NCBI GenBank assembly: GCA_013239625.1
Contig: MU054391.1
Location: 4,609,824 to 4,673,823, forward strand
DNA length: 64,000 nt
DNA from: Lama guanicoe
Taxonomy: Eukaryota
Direction of reading: 5' to 3'
Under the pieces are notes generated by a model that did not search any database, was not told the origin of the DNA, and saw only the letters and a list, made by a program, of their open reading frames with translations. Positions 1-13,075 of the stretch are shown piece after piece. Numbering within the stretch: position 1 is the first letter of the stretch; every line of letters starts with the position of its first letter. Made by a program: the position numbers and the translations under genes.

Positions 1-440
1 GTCGTGTGGAACAGACTTTACCGAAGGTCTGGGCCTAAGAGGGGAAATGACCGCTCAGAACCAGAAAGAGCATCAGATGTGTCCGCCAACAAAGCTTGCG
101 ACCCGCATAACCAGGGGAAAGCCTGGCGCCCTCCCGGGCTGTGACCCTGCTGCAGCGCCGGCTCCTCCTCCAGGGGGCTCCTCCCACCGCCTTGCCCAGC
201 GGAAACTCCCGCTTCCACGATGTGCCTGCAAGACCCTAAGCATTTTATAGCAGAAAGACGTCCCGGCCGCAAGGAGGCACCCTGAGTCCTTTCTGTGCAA
301 AATACTTAAACCCCCGGGGTCCCAACCTCCCAGCACTGGCCTCTCCCCACAACCACGATCCGATCAAATGAACGGAAGTTCCTTCCCATCTTTTCCTAAA
401 CCGGCAGAGACTCGGAAAGTGTTTACGAATCAGATGGGAA

Positions 441-560
441 GAATCACCTGTGATGCTTGCTAGAACTAGATTCCTCAGCTCTGCCCCGGGCCTGCTGAAT
501 TGCAGCTTCTGTAGGGGACGTTTAGGGACCTGCATTTAAAAAAGGAACCTGGTGAATCTA
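441..560. mobile_element. MER5A-like hAT-Charlie DNA transposon relic
   Basis: gaatcacctgtgatgcttgctagaactagattcctcagctctgccccgggcctgctgaatt...ctgcatttaaaa...ctggtgaatct follows the recalled MER5A core (AGAATCACCTGGGGAGCTTGTTAAAAATGCAGATTCC...CTGCATTTTAACAAG..CCAGGTGATTCT). Confidence 0.65.
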
Positions 561-1564
561 CAGCCACCATTTTAAAGCCATCGCCACAAACTGCAGCCAC
601 CTTGAAGACATAAAAACAGCGTGAATAATTGGAGAAACGAATAAAAACTTCTGCACTGTCCCCTCGAGCAAAGTCAGAGTCCACTACCTTTCCACGTGCA
701 GTGACTGTCTCATGCCCTCCCCGCTTTCGTTCCCCAGCATGCGTGACCCTCTCCGTGCACCCTCCCAGCTCCTCACCCCGTGGGGCCTTCCGCCCCTTTC
801 CTGCTGAACTTGACCTTTGATGCCACTTCTCAGAGGAGACTGCAGGGGCTCCCATTAGAAGCAGCCCCTGCTCCTCTCCACTCCAGAGGACCTCCCTGGC
901 TCTCGTGGACATCGACCTACACTGATATGTGCAGATGGTGGACCCCCTGTGTCCAGAGGTCCCCCTCTCTCTGGCCTCCCTGTGCCCCAGTATCTACTGA
1001 CACTTGGTAAGATCACCAACACGTATTTCCTAAGTTCGCTTAATGAAATGATTCAAATCAAGTGATTTGATCTTACTAGAGTTTAACTCAAAACAACTCT
1101 CATTCCTCAGCCGATGTACCTGCCCTGTCATATGTGGAAACATACAGATGGTGTTCTGTGCTGTCCCCGCCTGCTCATCCCTCTCTCCTGTCCCTTCACC
1201 CCAGGTGGGAGGGAGTCACCCATCCATTCCACAGACACCCACTGAATTCCTGCTTTGTTTCCGGTGACGGACACCCATCACTCAGGGCCCCATTGCTGGC
1301 AAGGTCATAGACTTTCAGAGAAGCCAGAAGTAAACCAACCAGTGATGCGGGATAAGGATGAAGCCGTTCTGTCGGAGTCCAGGGGAGGGAACGGTGTACT
1401 CAGCACGGCCCAGCCACGAAGGACATCACAGGGCTGGTATGAACTTAACCTTGATGCCACAAGCTGTAGAAACTGACAGCCACGTGATTGAAATTACTCC
1501 AGGCGCTACGTGGCGATTAAACCACCGGCTGTGTTTGCTTAAGGGGGTTTTGCAGACTTTCTGA

Positions 1565-1665
1565 GACTGTTTCCTCGTCTGTGATACGGATGTAATAGGA
1601 GGTTTTGAAGCAAAATGGTGTACGTTGAAGTCCTCAGCAAAGCACGTGATAAGCTCTGAATAACT
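1565..1665 (+). mobile_element. MIR SINE fragment
   Basis: tttcctcgtctgtgatacggatgtaata matches the MIR core (tttcctcatctgtaaaatggggataata), followed by a decayed MIR 3' part. Confidence 0.5.
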
Positions 1666-4600
1666 TCACACAATTATCAAGAAGAAAGGAGCCACAGAGA
1701 TATGTCCCAGAGCAGAAGGAAAACCGAAGATCAGGTCCCAGGAGGGCTGGAGCCGGGGCAGCGGTTCATACGGCCCAGCCCCTGGCCGTCTCTGCTCCAG
1801 GCGCCGGCAAGCTAGGCTCCGACCACTTTTGCAGTTCGCAGGCGGGATTCTGACTGGCCGGCTTGGGGCCTGTCACAGAGATAAGGCCCCGGGGGACTGG
1901 GGCCATCGCACTCTGCGAGAACATTCCAGACACGGGCAACCGACGCCACGGTGTTGGAGGCAACCCAGGAGGTCTGGTAGACCTGGGGCTTGGCATTTGC
2001 AGAGAGGGCAGAGGGGACGGAGCTGGGACTTCCTCCTCTGGGCAGTGACGGGGACACAGACACACAGAGCCCTGTGTCTGAGACACGGACCTGTGATGGC
2101 TCCTTGAAGGCCCCATGAGGCACTCAAGCCAGAAAGAAGCCCCCAGGAGGGGTCTGCAGGTGAACTTCTGGGGCCCAGGGACGGCCGGATGCGCTGACAG
2201 AGATGTGTCCAGGGTCGGACCACCGCCCTGCACAACAGAGGCCGGAGCTACGCGGCTCTCTGTTCTCACGCACGCGACTACCCTGAATGAGATCCTGGGA
2301 TTCAACACACAATTTCCAATCTACTTGGCCCCCAAATCCAGCAGAATTTGGATCTTTTCAAGTGTTTTAAAAACAATCTGTGCTAATGGCACAATGTTCC
2401 CGCTAATGCCCTTTAAGGGCCAAATTTTCAAAAAATCACAAATAACTCTGTTTGTGGCTTCCACGTGCGGTTTTATGGGTGGGTATAAATACTGCAGCTG
2501 AAGTGACTCGTTGATTTTTCCTTGTAAACACTGCCACTCGGGAGCAGCGGAGGCAACCTTGGAAAGTCATCATCCATGTCAAAGGGAAGGGGGTGGCACC
2601 GCTCTCAGTTGGGGGCACATCTTCCAGACAGAGTCAGAAAGAATGTTCTCTTTGTATTAGTCTTAAGGGGAACCGGGCTGGCCTGTCTACACAGCAGGCC
2701 ACAGGAACACCAGATGTGGCTTGTCGCCTGACTCAGGTGTCCCCCCTGCCCTCCTCTCCCACCTTGCCTCGGGGACAACCCCAGACCACCCGCCCAGACC
2801 CTGCATCCCCTGGGCTCTCTAATCCCGTATTATCAACTCCAGCTGCCTGAACTTGTCCCAGGACAGCCTTATTTGGGATCGGACTTCCAATCTCAGTGCA
2901 CTTCTCCCCACGTCACCCTGGAACTCAGGTTCGTTCCCTCTCTCAACCTCTGAGGTGCCCAGGAGTCCAGGCGGGACGCTTGCTACCCACCTGAGCCATC
3001 AGACCCCACCCACCCTTAGCAAATGTGCAGTCTCGTGACTCAGGTGAGCATGCGACTTCGGGGTCACCGCATCCTGACTTCCTGCCCAGGAGCATTAACA
3101 GGAAAGCAAATAGCAAGACTGAAGGCTGAAGGTCTCTGCGTCCTTCTGTCCCTGAGAACATGAGAGGAGGCAGCAGTCAGGGCCCTCCACCCTGGGATGC
3201 TCCAGGACACTGGGGCCTGAAGCTCAGAGCTGCCTGCTGCCTCTTCTGATGGGTGGGCCTCCTCCGTGCTACCCCAGCTTCTCCGTAGGTCCAACATCTC
3301 CCCCTTGGCTGTAGCCAGTTCAAGGGAGAAGCAAGACAGAGGCCAGCAAGTCAGCATCACACAGTGTGGGGAAGATGGAGGCTCTTCAAATAGAAAGAAG
3401 TCATAGAAATGGCTGGCATGTGCTGCCTCTTCCCTGGGGAGAGAAGGAGCAAGGAGGGGCTGGAGGGGAAGGATCGCCCCATCTGCTGCTGTCAGGCCAG
3501 GAGAGCCGGGAGGGGGTCAGGCGGAAGGAGGCACCGAGGGTGCTGACGCAGGGGGAGGAAGTGACCCACAGGGGTGTCCCCCGAGGAAACCACGGGGCTC
3601 TGGAAGACAGGGGCCTCAGGTCTTCCCTGCCCTGTGAGCTTCCCTCCCTCCCTCCTGCATCCCCAGTCCTCAGCTCTCCGCACTCCTCCACATGGGAGCT
3701 GGGTCTCCATCCTCATGTAAATGTTGCCTACACGCACCTGCCCAATCTTTGTCCACACAGAGACCTTTTACCACTTCCCCGCACCCCGCCTGTCTTCCCT
3801 CCCTCCCTCCAGAACACAGCACAGATGGTAGACGCTCATAGAATAAAAGGCATATTTCATCTTTGAATCCAGTCTACGTCCCCGGCATAGGACGGAGGCA
3901 CTGAGGCAGAGGCTGTCTGTTACTTCGCTCTCATTCAGCATTTACTGGAATGGTTCGTTGGGACAGCTTTCCTAGGACTGGGGAAAAAAAACAAAAAAAC
4001 TTCCATGCTGCTATTACCTGATGCTCAGATAAATTTCATTTTATTGTCGCCCATAAAAGCTCTCACTTACTTACATGACAGAGACTAGGTTTTATTGGAT
4101 GTCTACACTCCAATCAGCCCATGAAGAATTACCCAGCAGAGGATTGGATTAGTACGTATGTTTAGTTTGGAAGTTCCTGGCGTCACCGAAGTTTGTTTCG
4201 GTTACTCGGAATTTTCCGGTACATTTTCTCGAGCTGTAAAAACAGATCTGTCCCAATCATTATTTCTCTCTCTCCAGAGTTTCTGCACTTAGCTTCCACA
4301 TTTATCAATCACATTTTCTCTAAGCAAAAGAGACTCATTGGCCAAGAGTGTGTCTGTTTTAGAAACGGAAAGCTGAAACATTTTCCTTCTTTGAAGCCAT
4401 CGGTGAGCGTCTGAGAGCTTGTCGCCTCACTGCCGGCTTCTCTGGAGTGGTTTTGGGGGAAACAGCAAATCTGGAGCCTCACTTGCCTGTCAGGTCCTGG
4501 TACAGGCGCCGCAGCCCTGAGTGGACTGTTGCCAAAGGCCATTAATCAAACCCAACCTCGGCGTCCTAATTAACGTGCCCTGGAGTGCGTCCGTGTGTAG

Positions 4601-6019
4601 AGTTTGGACTGGCTTTTGCGGGATGCACTGCCCTCGTGATGTTCAGGTCCTGGCTTCCAGCGGGCTGGGTCCTGGCGTACCCAGCAGTGTGACTCGCCCA
4701 CAGGTCGCGGGCGATGTGCCGGAGGGCACGTTGCTGCTGGCCACCCGTCCTTCTGGCCAGAATGGTGCTGGGTCGCTGGCCAAACCAAGCTGAGAGGTGA
4801 TGTCAAATGTTCCTGTCGTGAGCTGCCTTCTGACAAAACAGAACTCTCTGGGAAGGATGGAGTGGCTTCCCTGCTAAGCTCAGCTCTGCATCCTGTTAAA
4901 GGCTCACATCCTTCAGAAAACTCTCCGCTGGGTTTTGCCAGAGACATCAAAGCCTTCGCCCACTAACTGCTGCTTAAATAAAACGAATAAACACTCCCAG
5001 ACCCACCCCAAAGCGAGTCCCCGCTTTCGCCCACCGTGAAGTTGTTGTGATCAAGGAAAATGCTTATTTTACAAACAGTTTTCTTTTACAAACAAATGTC
5101 CTGAGAACGGCTCTGTGATGGACTTCTGCGAGTTGCAGTTGTAAAGAAAAGAAGGGTCACTCCTTGTGTTTAGAAAACTAAACTGTGCGGTGGAAGTTCC
5201 TTTGCTGCTGAAATAGTCGACCCGGCATCCAAAAGTTAACTCATCCGAAGGTGAAATTTTGGATTCCCTACATGAAAAGGATATCGACGCGCAGGAAAGC
5301 TACGAACTGGGCAGGACCAAGAACATTTACTCAGCACTGCAAGCATGTTTCCTCGGCCCACTGGTCCCCTGCCAGAGACTCAGCCCCGTTCCCATTCCAA
5401 CACGGGGCTCCCCAAGGCTGGCAGCCCATATGGTGGTCCCTAGGGGTCTCATGAGGCTGAGAGTTCAATGGGGAAGACCGATAAATGCACCAGGAAAGCA
5501 AATGAATAAACAACGCAGAGGCATCCGATGCTTTGACATCGTTGAATACGAACGTGAAAGTCATGGTTACGAGATTCCCGCGACGCTGCTCCGGAGTGTT
5601 GTGTTGCAGAAGAACCTACCCCTTGAGCCCTACACCCGCCAGTTGGCGTCCCAGTCTCTCAAGAACCCCGCTAAGGCGCTTGCTCTTTGTCACAATCTCC
5701 GGCCTCCCGCGCGCTCCGGGTGACGAGAGATGACGCTGCGCTCAGAAAAGGCTGTGGGTTGTTTTCGCTCAGAACATTTTTTATTTGGAAAAAATCCTAA
5801 AAGCTATTGAAAGCCACAGGGACCGGCTTTTGCCCATCAACTGGGGACCACCTCTGCCCGTCTGACAACGGGGCCCCACAACTCTACTGCAAAGAGTCCT
5901 TCTCGCCTCTGTCTCTGAGATAAGCTTCTTTGCCGCTTCCTCGGAGCCAAGCCTGTTTCCCTCAGTTTCTTTGCCACATACTTGGTCCCTCTGACCAGTG
6001 ACTGAGGGGTGGGGTGGCC

Positions 6020-6280
6020 GTCCCTTCTCTAGCCACTCGTCTGTTGATGGACACCGAGGTGGCGTCCACACCTTGGCTGCTGTGACTAACGCTGCAGTGA
6101 ACCTGGGGTACAGCTGTCTCTTTGAGATCCCGTTTTCATTCCTTTTGGATGTTTACCCAGAAGTGGGATTGCTGGGCCACACGGGAGTTCTACTGTTAAT
6201 TATCTGAGGGGCCTCCACACTGTCTTCCGCAGCAGCTGCACCAATTTGCTTTCCCACCGACGCTGCACAGGGCTCCCACG
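6020..6280 (-). mobile_element. Old L1 fragment (ORF2 C-terminal region), GC-shifted
   Basis: Collinear with the L1 at 51166-51410 in this window. Minus-strand translation relics include PRCPSTDEWLEK and [12 protein letters not shown], typical of the L1 ORF2 C-terminus. Confidence 0.9.
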
Positions 6281-6811
6281 TCTTGCCCTCCTGGGTCTCG
6301 GGCTGCGGGCTTCTGTGCCTCCCCAGGGGCGGGGCTGTTTCTGTTTTCCCTTCGTCACTTCCTCCCCTGGCTGTAGTGGTCCCAATGGATTTCCTTAAAG
6401 CACATCCTTTGTTTATGACGTTAGTTTATGGCTTTCCTCAGAGACGAAACAGGAAGGCTGGAAAGGGCGACCGTCTGCCATTGGCTGTCGTTCGCCCGGC
6501 CCCAGGCGACGCCTAGAACAGGGCTTGGTGCCTGTCTCTCCTGCCGGTCGGCATCCCTCAGTGATTCCTTAGCTCAAGTGATCCTCAGCGCTGCACACTG
6601 GATCCCCCAGGAGGGCTGGAAAGGAAGAGAGCAGGGTTCAGCCCCCAGCCTACTTCATGGTGTTGGTCTTTGCTGGACTCGAGCACCTCATGGGCCTCCG
6701 GGGGACGCCTGTGTCTCACTGATCTTTGGTGGGGTCTTGCCTCAGGACTTCTTAAAACCTCACCATAAGACTCCAATGTGACCCTTGGTTTTCAAACCAC
6801 AGGTCTGTGAC

Positions 6812-6945
6812 CTTATTCCTCAAAGTGTGGTATCAGACCAGCAGCCAGGCATCACCTGGACCCCGCACCAGACCTCCTGAACCCAGACTTAATTCTAATC
6901 AGATGCCGGCCAGGTGGTCTAGACACAGATTAATGCGTGAGGAGC
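6812..6945. mobile_element. MER5-like DNA transposon relic
   Basis: ttcctcaaagtgtggtatcagaccagcagc..gcatcacctgg...ccagacctcctgaacc matches the MER5A 5' end (GTTCTCAAAGTGTGGTCCCCGGACCAGCAGCATCAGCATCACCTGG). Confidence 0.65.
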
Positions 6946-6967
6946 CCAAACTCTTTGATCCCACTGC

Positions 6968-7052
6968 TTTTATGTCCTGGGGCTGCCCTAACAAAGCACT
7001 ATAAACCGGGTGGTTGACACCGCAGAAATGTGTGCTCTCCCAGTTCTGGAGA
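6968..7052 (-). mobile_element. MLT1 (MaLR) LTR 3'-end fragment
   Basis: ggggctgccctaacaaagcactataaaccgggtggtt...cagaaatgtgtgctctcccagttctggag is the reverse complement of the MLT1 LTR terminus. Confidence 0.8.
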
Positions 7053-9239
7053 GTTCGTTATTCATCTCGCACAACGTTTTAGAGAAAAGGTTGAGTTGTG
7101 CTCGGTGTGGTTGCTCACACTCCATTCCTGAAAAGCACAAGGACATCGAAGTTATTTTCCCTTGACCCTGGGTTTTTCTGGACAGGCCTCTCCTTCCAAG
7201 TCCATCTTTCTGTGTCTTTCCTCCCTCCCCTCCTCCTTCGCCCAGCTGAGCGGATGTGATGTTTTCTGCTTTCTAGATCTGAAAATAAGGGGAAAGCTGG
7301 AGCTAAGAGAAGGCGATGGCGTTTTTGAACCAGTGCAGAAGTCCATTTGCTAACGCTGTCAGATAGAACATGTAATTTGGAGGAGGAAAGAGAAACAGGC
7401 TGCAGAACATAAAACTCATCTGCAGTTAAAAAAAAATTAGATGTACTCCTTGCTCTATTATAAACTTAGAAAATTTTCTCCCAATTCATCTTCGTCATAA
7501 AGAGAGTTATTTCAGGGGTCATTGTAAGGAAAAATATTGCTTTTTTCTTCTAGATCCAGTGATGCCACAAATATATCTTCTCCTGGTGGGAAGGGGTGGA
7601 AGCAATAATGCTCCCTCTTTTCCATGGGGAAAAGGCAGCTTTTTATTTTTATGTTAAAGAGTTGTCAAGACACTTATATTTTTCATAGCGTTAAGTTATT
7701 TTTTTTATTCTGCCTTATTGTTCCTTGAGATTTGAAAACCAAATCTGCCTCCTTGCCAAATATCTTTGTAATGTGTACACTTCACACTGGCTTATTATAA
7801 TAGGTTTCTCATGGGCTCTGGTATCCTGGCATCTGCTTTGTTATGATATTATAACAATAATTAACATTTAGCACTTACTGTATAGCCAGCCTTTGATCCA
7901 TATTTTTAACAAAACGTAATAACAATGCTCTTTCCCGCAGCATCTTTCATCCCAGGGCCCCAAAGAAGGTTGGCAGCATCATATTATAACCCGAGATGGT
8001 TGTATTCACTCCTAAAACCCTCCCAACGCCCCCGCAGGGTCTGCACACAGCAGGCGCCTTCCTTAAGGGAAGGGAAGGGAAGAAAGGTCAAGGGAACAGC
8101 CGAGCTGCAGTCGGAGGGCGGCAGAGCCAGGAATAGAATCTGGTCCATTTGCCATCCTGGGCAGAGATTCCAAAGCTTCAACGCACCTGTTTTTTGAGAA
8201 AGGAGACGGACAAGGAGAGAGAAGCAAGAGATGCCACGCTTATTATGACAGGGACTTGCATTTCTCCGGGAAGTCATGCTACGTCTTCTGAAATGAATCC
8301 CTAAAGCTAAACGCTGATTGGATTACGAGATAAGCGAACAGTCGGAAACACCCACTGTGCCCCCGCCAGGTCTCCGCTAAGGCTCCCGCCGTTAGAGAAG
8401 GGCTGGAAGGAGGCACGTGAATGACTCCAAGAGTTGTAATGTCCCGTCTCTCTAATCAGGGCCGTCAACAGACCCCAAGGGGCATGGCTCACACACCACT
8501 CTCTCGAGTAGGTGGCCAGTACGGTTCCACTGCACCCAAGGCTACCCTTGCCACGGTGATTCTGTCTCTTCTGCTTTTCTTCTGTAAGTCCCAACTCTGA
8601 ACTCCTAGGCGTCTTTAAAGGAAAATAAAAAAAAAAAAAGCACATCACTGTGTTAAACTTGGAGGGATAACCAGTCATGATGACAAACCAAAGATGGCAG
8701 CTGTCACTCTTAAACTCAGAAAGATGAGCTTGGCCATTAGCGGAAGATCGATCATCCTTATAGGTAATATCTAATGGATATGGAAAACTTTTCATCCAAT
8801 CTTAGCTTCACTCTGATTCATGAAACCTCAGATAAATATCAATGTGTAGATTTAGGTCAGAAACTGGCATGAATTGAGGCAGGTGAAGTATTTGCCACAA
8901 ACAAGTGACCTCCAGAGGGAATCTCCGTAAGAGCTACAGAACGAGAGGGAATGACAAGTGGTCCCCATGTGACCAGAGTCGCGTCCAGAGCGAGCAGAGC
9001 CAGGCCACGCTGACACATTGCTTGCTCCGTCAGCCAAAGACCCAACAACCCCATCTCCGTTTATGCGTGAAGAACCTGAGGTGGACAGAGTTTGAGTGGT
9101 CCCGCTCAGGAGCCAGGAAGGCAGGAGCAAAAGCCGTCTGAGTCGAGATGCACTTGGAGTCACGGATTCCTGCAGCTCCCATTGAGAGTACCTCTAGCCG
9201 CCAGAAAGTGGTCTAGGTCTGATCAATAACCGTGACGAT

Positions 9240-9410
9240 CAGCAGTCATCGCAGCATGGAGTTAGCACATCCTCATGTTAACCATGTGCCGGCGCTGTTC
9301 CAAACTCTTGACATCTATCAGCCAGCCTTACCACAACCCAGTGAGGTCCAATTATTACATTATCCCTGTTTAATGGTTGAAGAAATGAAGTCCAGGCTAA
9401 CAAAGCTGGT
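9240..9410 (-). mobile_element. MIR SINE
   Basis: accatgtgccggcgctgttccaaactcttgaca...ccacaacccagtgaggt...attatccctgtttaatggttgaagaaatgaag is the antisense MIR core. Confidence 0.7.
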
Positions 9411-12400
9411 GAGTGTTTTCTTTATTGGCTCCATTTTCATAAAACCATCGGCTGTGCCCCTCTCCCCTTTGTCAACAAGGGAGGGGAGGAGAAGGCAATA
9501 TCAGTTTGTCTGACCCAAGTCTGCAAGGGTGGCAGCGCCAAAGAAGAAAGGCCCGTGCCATTCTTGCCAATTTTGGGGGTGTCCCTTCCACATGCACAAA
9601 ATGCCACAAAATGCACTCCTCTCCCATCCAGGGTGGTGCCCCTGCTTCCAAATCCACTACAATAAGAGCCAACACTTAGAAAACGAGGGGTGCAATCAAG
9701 TGCGTTCCAGGCCAGTTCATAAAGAAAACATCCAACTGAATTTTAAAACGCACTTAGTCCAGAGCTGCATTTTTACCAATACCATCTGCATCTCGCCGGA
9801 CCTTCATTTCAGTTGATGCTCGTTCCACATGTAAATAAAAATAAGAGCGCCCATCAGAGCAGGGCTCTGCAAAGCAGTCTTCTCCGTACAAAACCCACAG
9901 CAGAGAGATGGGTTTGGCTGCGCTCCAGTGCCCCAGCGTTGATGTGGGCAGGGGAAGCATGCATCAGAGTCAACTCCTCAGCAAAGTCATTATCCCCACG
10001 CAGCCCGACAGCCATTCTAAACTGAAAATGAGAGACCACAGCGCTGAGAAACCCAAGTGGAATTTCATTTCTTGTAACTCGGGGCAGTAAGCTAAGAGAA
10101 GTTATAAATACTTCCATTTACAGAAACTATCAAATGGAGACTTAGCCCGTCGGCGCCAACTTGGGTTGATGAGTTGAATCTTGTTTCATCTTAAAAAGAA
10201 TTTTTTTGCCATTTGGATAAATTTGAAAATGATTCAGAGTAGACTGATGTAAGTCATTACAGCGTGTCCCTATGGGATGGCATGCTCACGGTCCCCAACA
10301 GCACGTCATTCCCTGGAATAGCTTTCACAGAAAGGGTTTTCCTTCTCATTGCCTTTCCAGAAAAAGGAATTCATCTAACGAACAGTGTTTGGTACAAAAA
10401 GGTTTCCTATAAAACAAAGGAGGAAATCATGAATCGTCTCAATAAGGAACATGGGTTCTAAAACGGAGGCAACATTGAGACGGAGGTCTGGGAGCACACT
10501 GATGATTCAGTCCCGTAAATCATATGCTGGAATGTAGGTGGTGTCCCAGAACGAGGAGTCCTGATCAAATGAAGCATCTGAGCATCGTGTGTTCACAGCT
10601 AAGAAAACTCTGCGCTGGCTTCAGAAAGGTGTGAAGATTCTGTCCCCAGAACACACACCAGCAAGGGCTCCTACATGTTGAGCCAGTGGTTCCTTCTCTG
10701 GAACCTTCCAGGGCTGCCCCTTACTGGGTGGTAGGAGTGAAATGACCATATTGTTTCTCGGGCTGTTGAAAAATTCTAGGGAAAAAAAAAAAAAACTCCA
10801 TCTGAAGCATGTGGTTGCTTATGATTTGACTCTGTCCTTCCACATTCATGTTTCTCGAAACTTCTTACAGGCATCAGGTACAAACAGAGGCGGCAAATGC
10901 CAGCAAGAAGAAAGAAAACCAAAAAAATAACAGAGGGGTTGCTGCTCAGGAATTCTGAGCAGAATCCACTTTGAAGTCAAGAAGTCTGTCTCCCAGTTCA
11001 TAATTCTAGAGGGAGAAAATTTCAGGCTTTGACCTGAAGTTTGCAACATTATTTGTTCAGCTAAAACGTTGGTTAATCAAAACTATTAAGAGCTAAATGT
11101 TAATAAGAGTGAAGTTGGTCACATAATGTGGGAAGCTTAGTTGAAAATGTACTAATCTGTAAAAAAAAAGAAAAAACCACTGGAATTTACCACCTTACAG
11201 CTTTGTAATCTCCCTCTCTCCACAGATGCTCCAAACCCACGTGCACAGGGGGCTGGGTCAGCATTGTTTGGACCTGCACCTGCTCCCCAGAGCAGCTCCC
11301 TCCGCAGAACTCACAGTTGCAAGATTTCCTCCCCTTTTGAGAAGTCACAACCTGAACATTTAGCAGATAGTTCAGTATTTTGGCTAACAGTGAAGCTGAG
11401 TGAGATCTGGGGACGGGCAAGAAATCCGGGATTCGGCTCTGCCTCCCGGTGCAAGGGGCGGAGTCAGAGGGGGGCGCTGGGCGGGCGCGGAAGGACGGCG
11501 CCTCCCAGGCTTGTCAGCGCAGGACCTGTTAGTGTGAAGACTGATGTGACACGATTGGCTGTTTCTCTTAGCACAGTGGAGGGAGAACCAGGAGAGATTA
11601 TTTTGCAGAATGATAAACTTCCCTGTCTAGTTCGTAACCTTGGGGAGATCTGGAAAAGTGTGACTTTTGATTTGAACAGTAATGAACTGGTAACTGATAC
11701 AGCTTTTGGCTCTATCGTGACTGTATTAATTTGCCGGCTCTGGTGTTAAACCCAAACAGAGGCCCTAAAGAGACTGGACTGTTATCTAAGCAACAATTAT
11801 CCTGCTTGAATACGCTGCCAAGGAAGAGCCTCGTGGTTCCACACTGTTATCACGAGCATAACTTTTATTCCTCGGGCAACTTTATAAGTTCTCATAAGAA
11901 AAATTTAACAAATGCGGTATAATCGGAAGGGGAACAGGGTTGTCATTTACAAACAAGTGCCAGTTTCCATTTTAGTTCTAGATTTCAAACTCGAAAAGAC
12001 CTCGAGAGGGAGAAACGGTTCCTGTGTTCTGACCTACATTTGTTTCCCTGGTTTAAGAAAAAATGACTTTTCTGTGATAAAGAGATTGAGTGTTTACCTC
12101 TGCTTGGCACTGAGTCAGCCGAGCAAACTCTTATCTGTTAATTTGCCAGTGAGATGATTTTTTTTTCCTCCCCGCAGTGAGAAAAACCCCTTTCAAGTTT
12201 AATTTGATTGTGGGAAGGCAGCAAAGGACAAAATTGAACTTTATGCACACTCAGGATTTTATCACTCCATTTGCCGGGCTTAAAGCAGTCCGGATAGGCA
12301 GTGCTCTTAGGATTGTCCACATTTTTTGTAAGCACTGGAGGAAAAGACTACCTGACCAGCACAGGGGACAGCCTCAGCAGCAGCTGAAATGCAGCCGCAA

Positions 12401-12919
12401 TGGTACAGTTATTCTCTGCTGGATTGGGGCAACTTCCAGGACGTTCTGGAGTGCAGTTGTATTATGTTCAGGACTTGCTTCTCTAAAGGGATTTTAGGGC
12501 ATCGGATGCAGAGGAATGCCACTCGGGGAGTGTCTGAAGGTTGAGCGTTCTCTGCGCTGTCAGCTCCGGGCAGCCCGCGCTGCTGCTCACATCCAGGGAT
12601 GCAGGCGCCTCCCCGGGTCCGGTCCTCGCCTGCCTGTGTGCCCAGAAAAGAGCCCAGTGCTGAGCGCTGCTCCAAGGAGCCCCGTGAAAGGAAGACGAAG
12701 GCCAAGCTGCTCTCAGGTTGCCAGGCGGTGCTGGCAGGGGAGGCAGCAGCTTCTAGACTTTTCAGTCCTGCTGCAGCCTCTTCCTCCAGAATCTAATTAG
12801 GCAGCAGGAACAGCGAGGAGCTGCGTGTCCCTCCCCTGCGGCTCCTTGTGGGACCTGCCAGGAGAAGGCCCCGGGGCGGGGGCGGGGAGGGTGCCACCCC
12901 GCAGATCCTTCCCTGGAAG

Positions 12920-13075
12920 GCAAATCCAAGCCAGCTGCCCTTTGCTAATTGTGTGACCTGTGGCTGCAGCCTGTCATTTCTTAATCTCACTTTTCAAATC
13001 TGAAAATAAGGGTTTGTTATCATGTCTGCTGCCCAGGTTTGTTTTAAGGTGTAAATTATTTAATCCAGGAAACAC
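12920..13075 (+). mobile_element. MIR SINE
   Basis: aaatcc...ctaattgtgtgacctgtgg...ctcacttttcaaatctgaaaataaggg matches the MIR core. Confidence 0.65.

Noticed and set aside
8678..8816. C/D-box snoRNA (ATGATGA ... CTGA)
   Set aside because: No terminal stem and no recognisable rRNA-antisense element. The motifs are short enough to occur by chance.
10775..11180. Minus-strand splice acceptors at poly-T runs (~10776 and ~11157)
   Set aside because: No convincing donor or coding frame follows. Homopolymer runs easily mimic acceptors.
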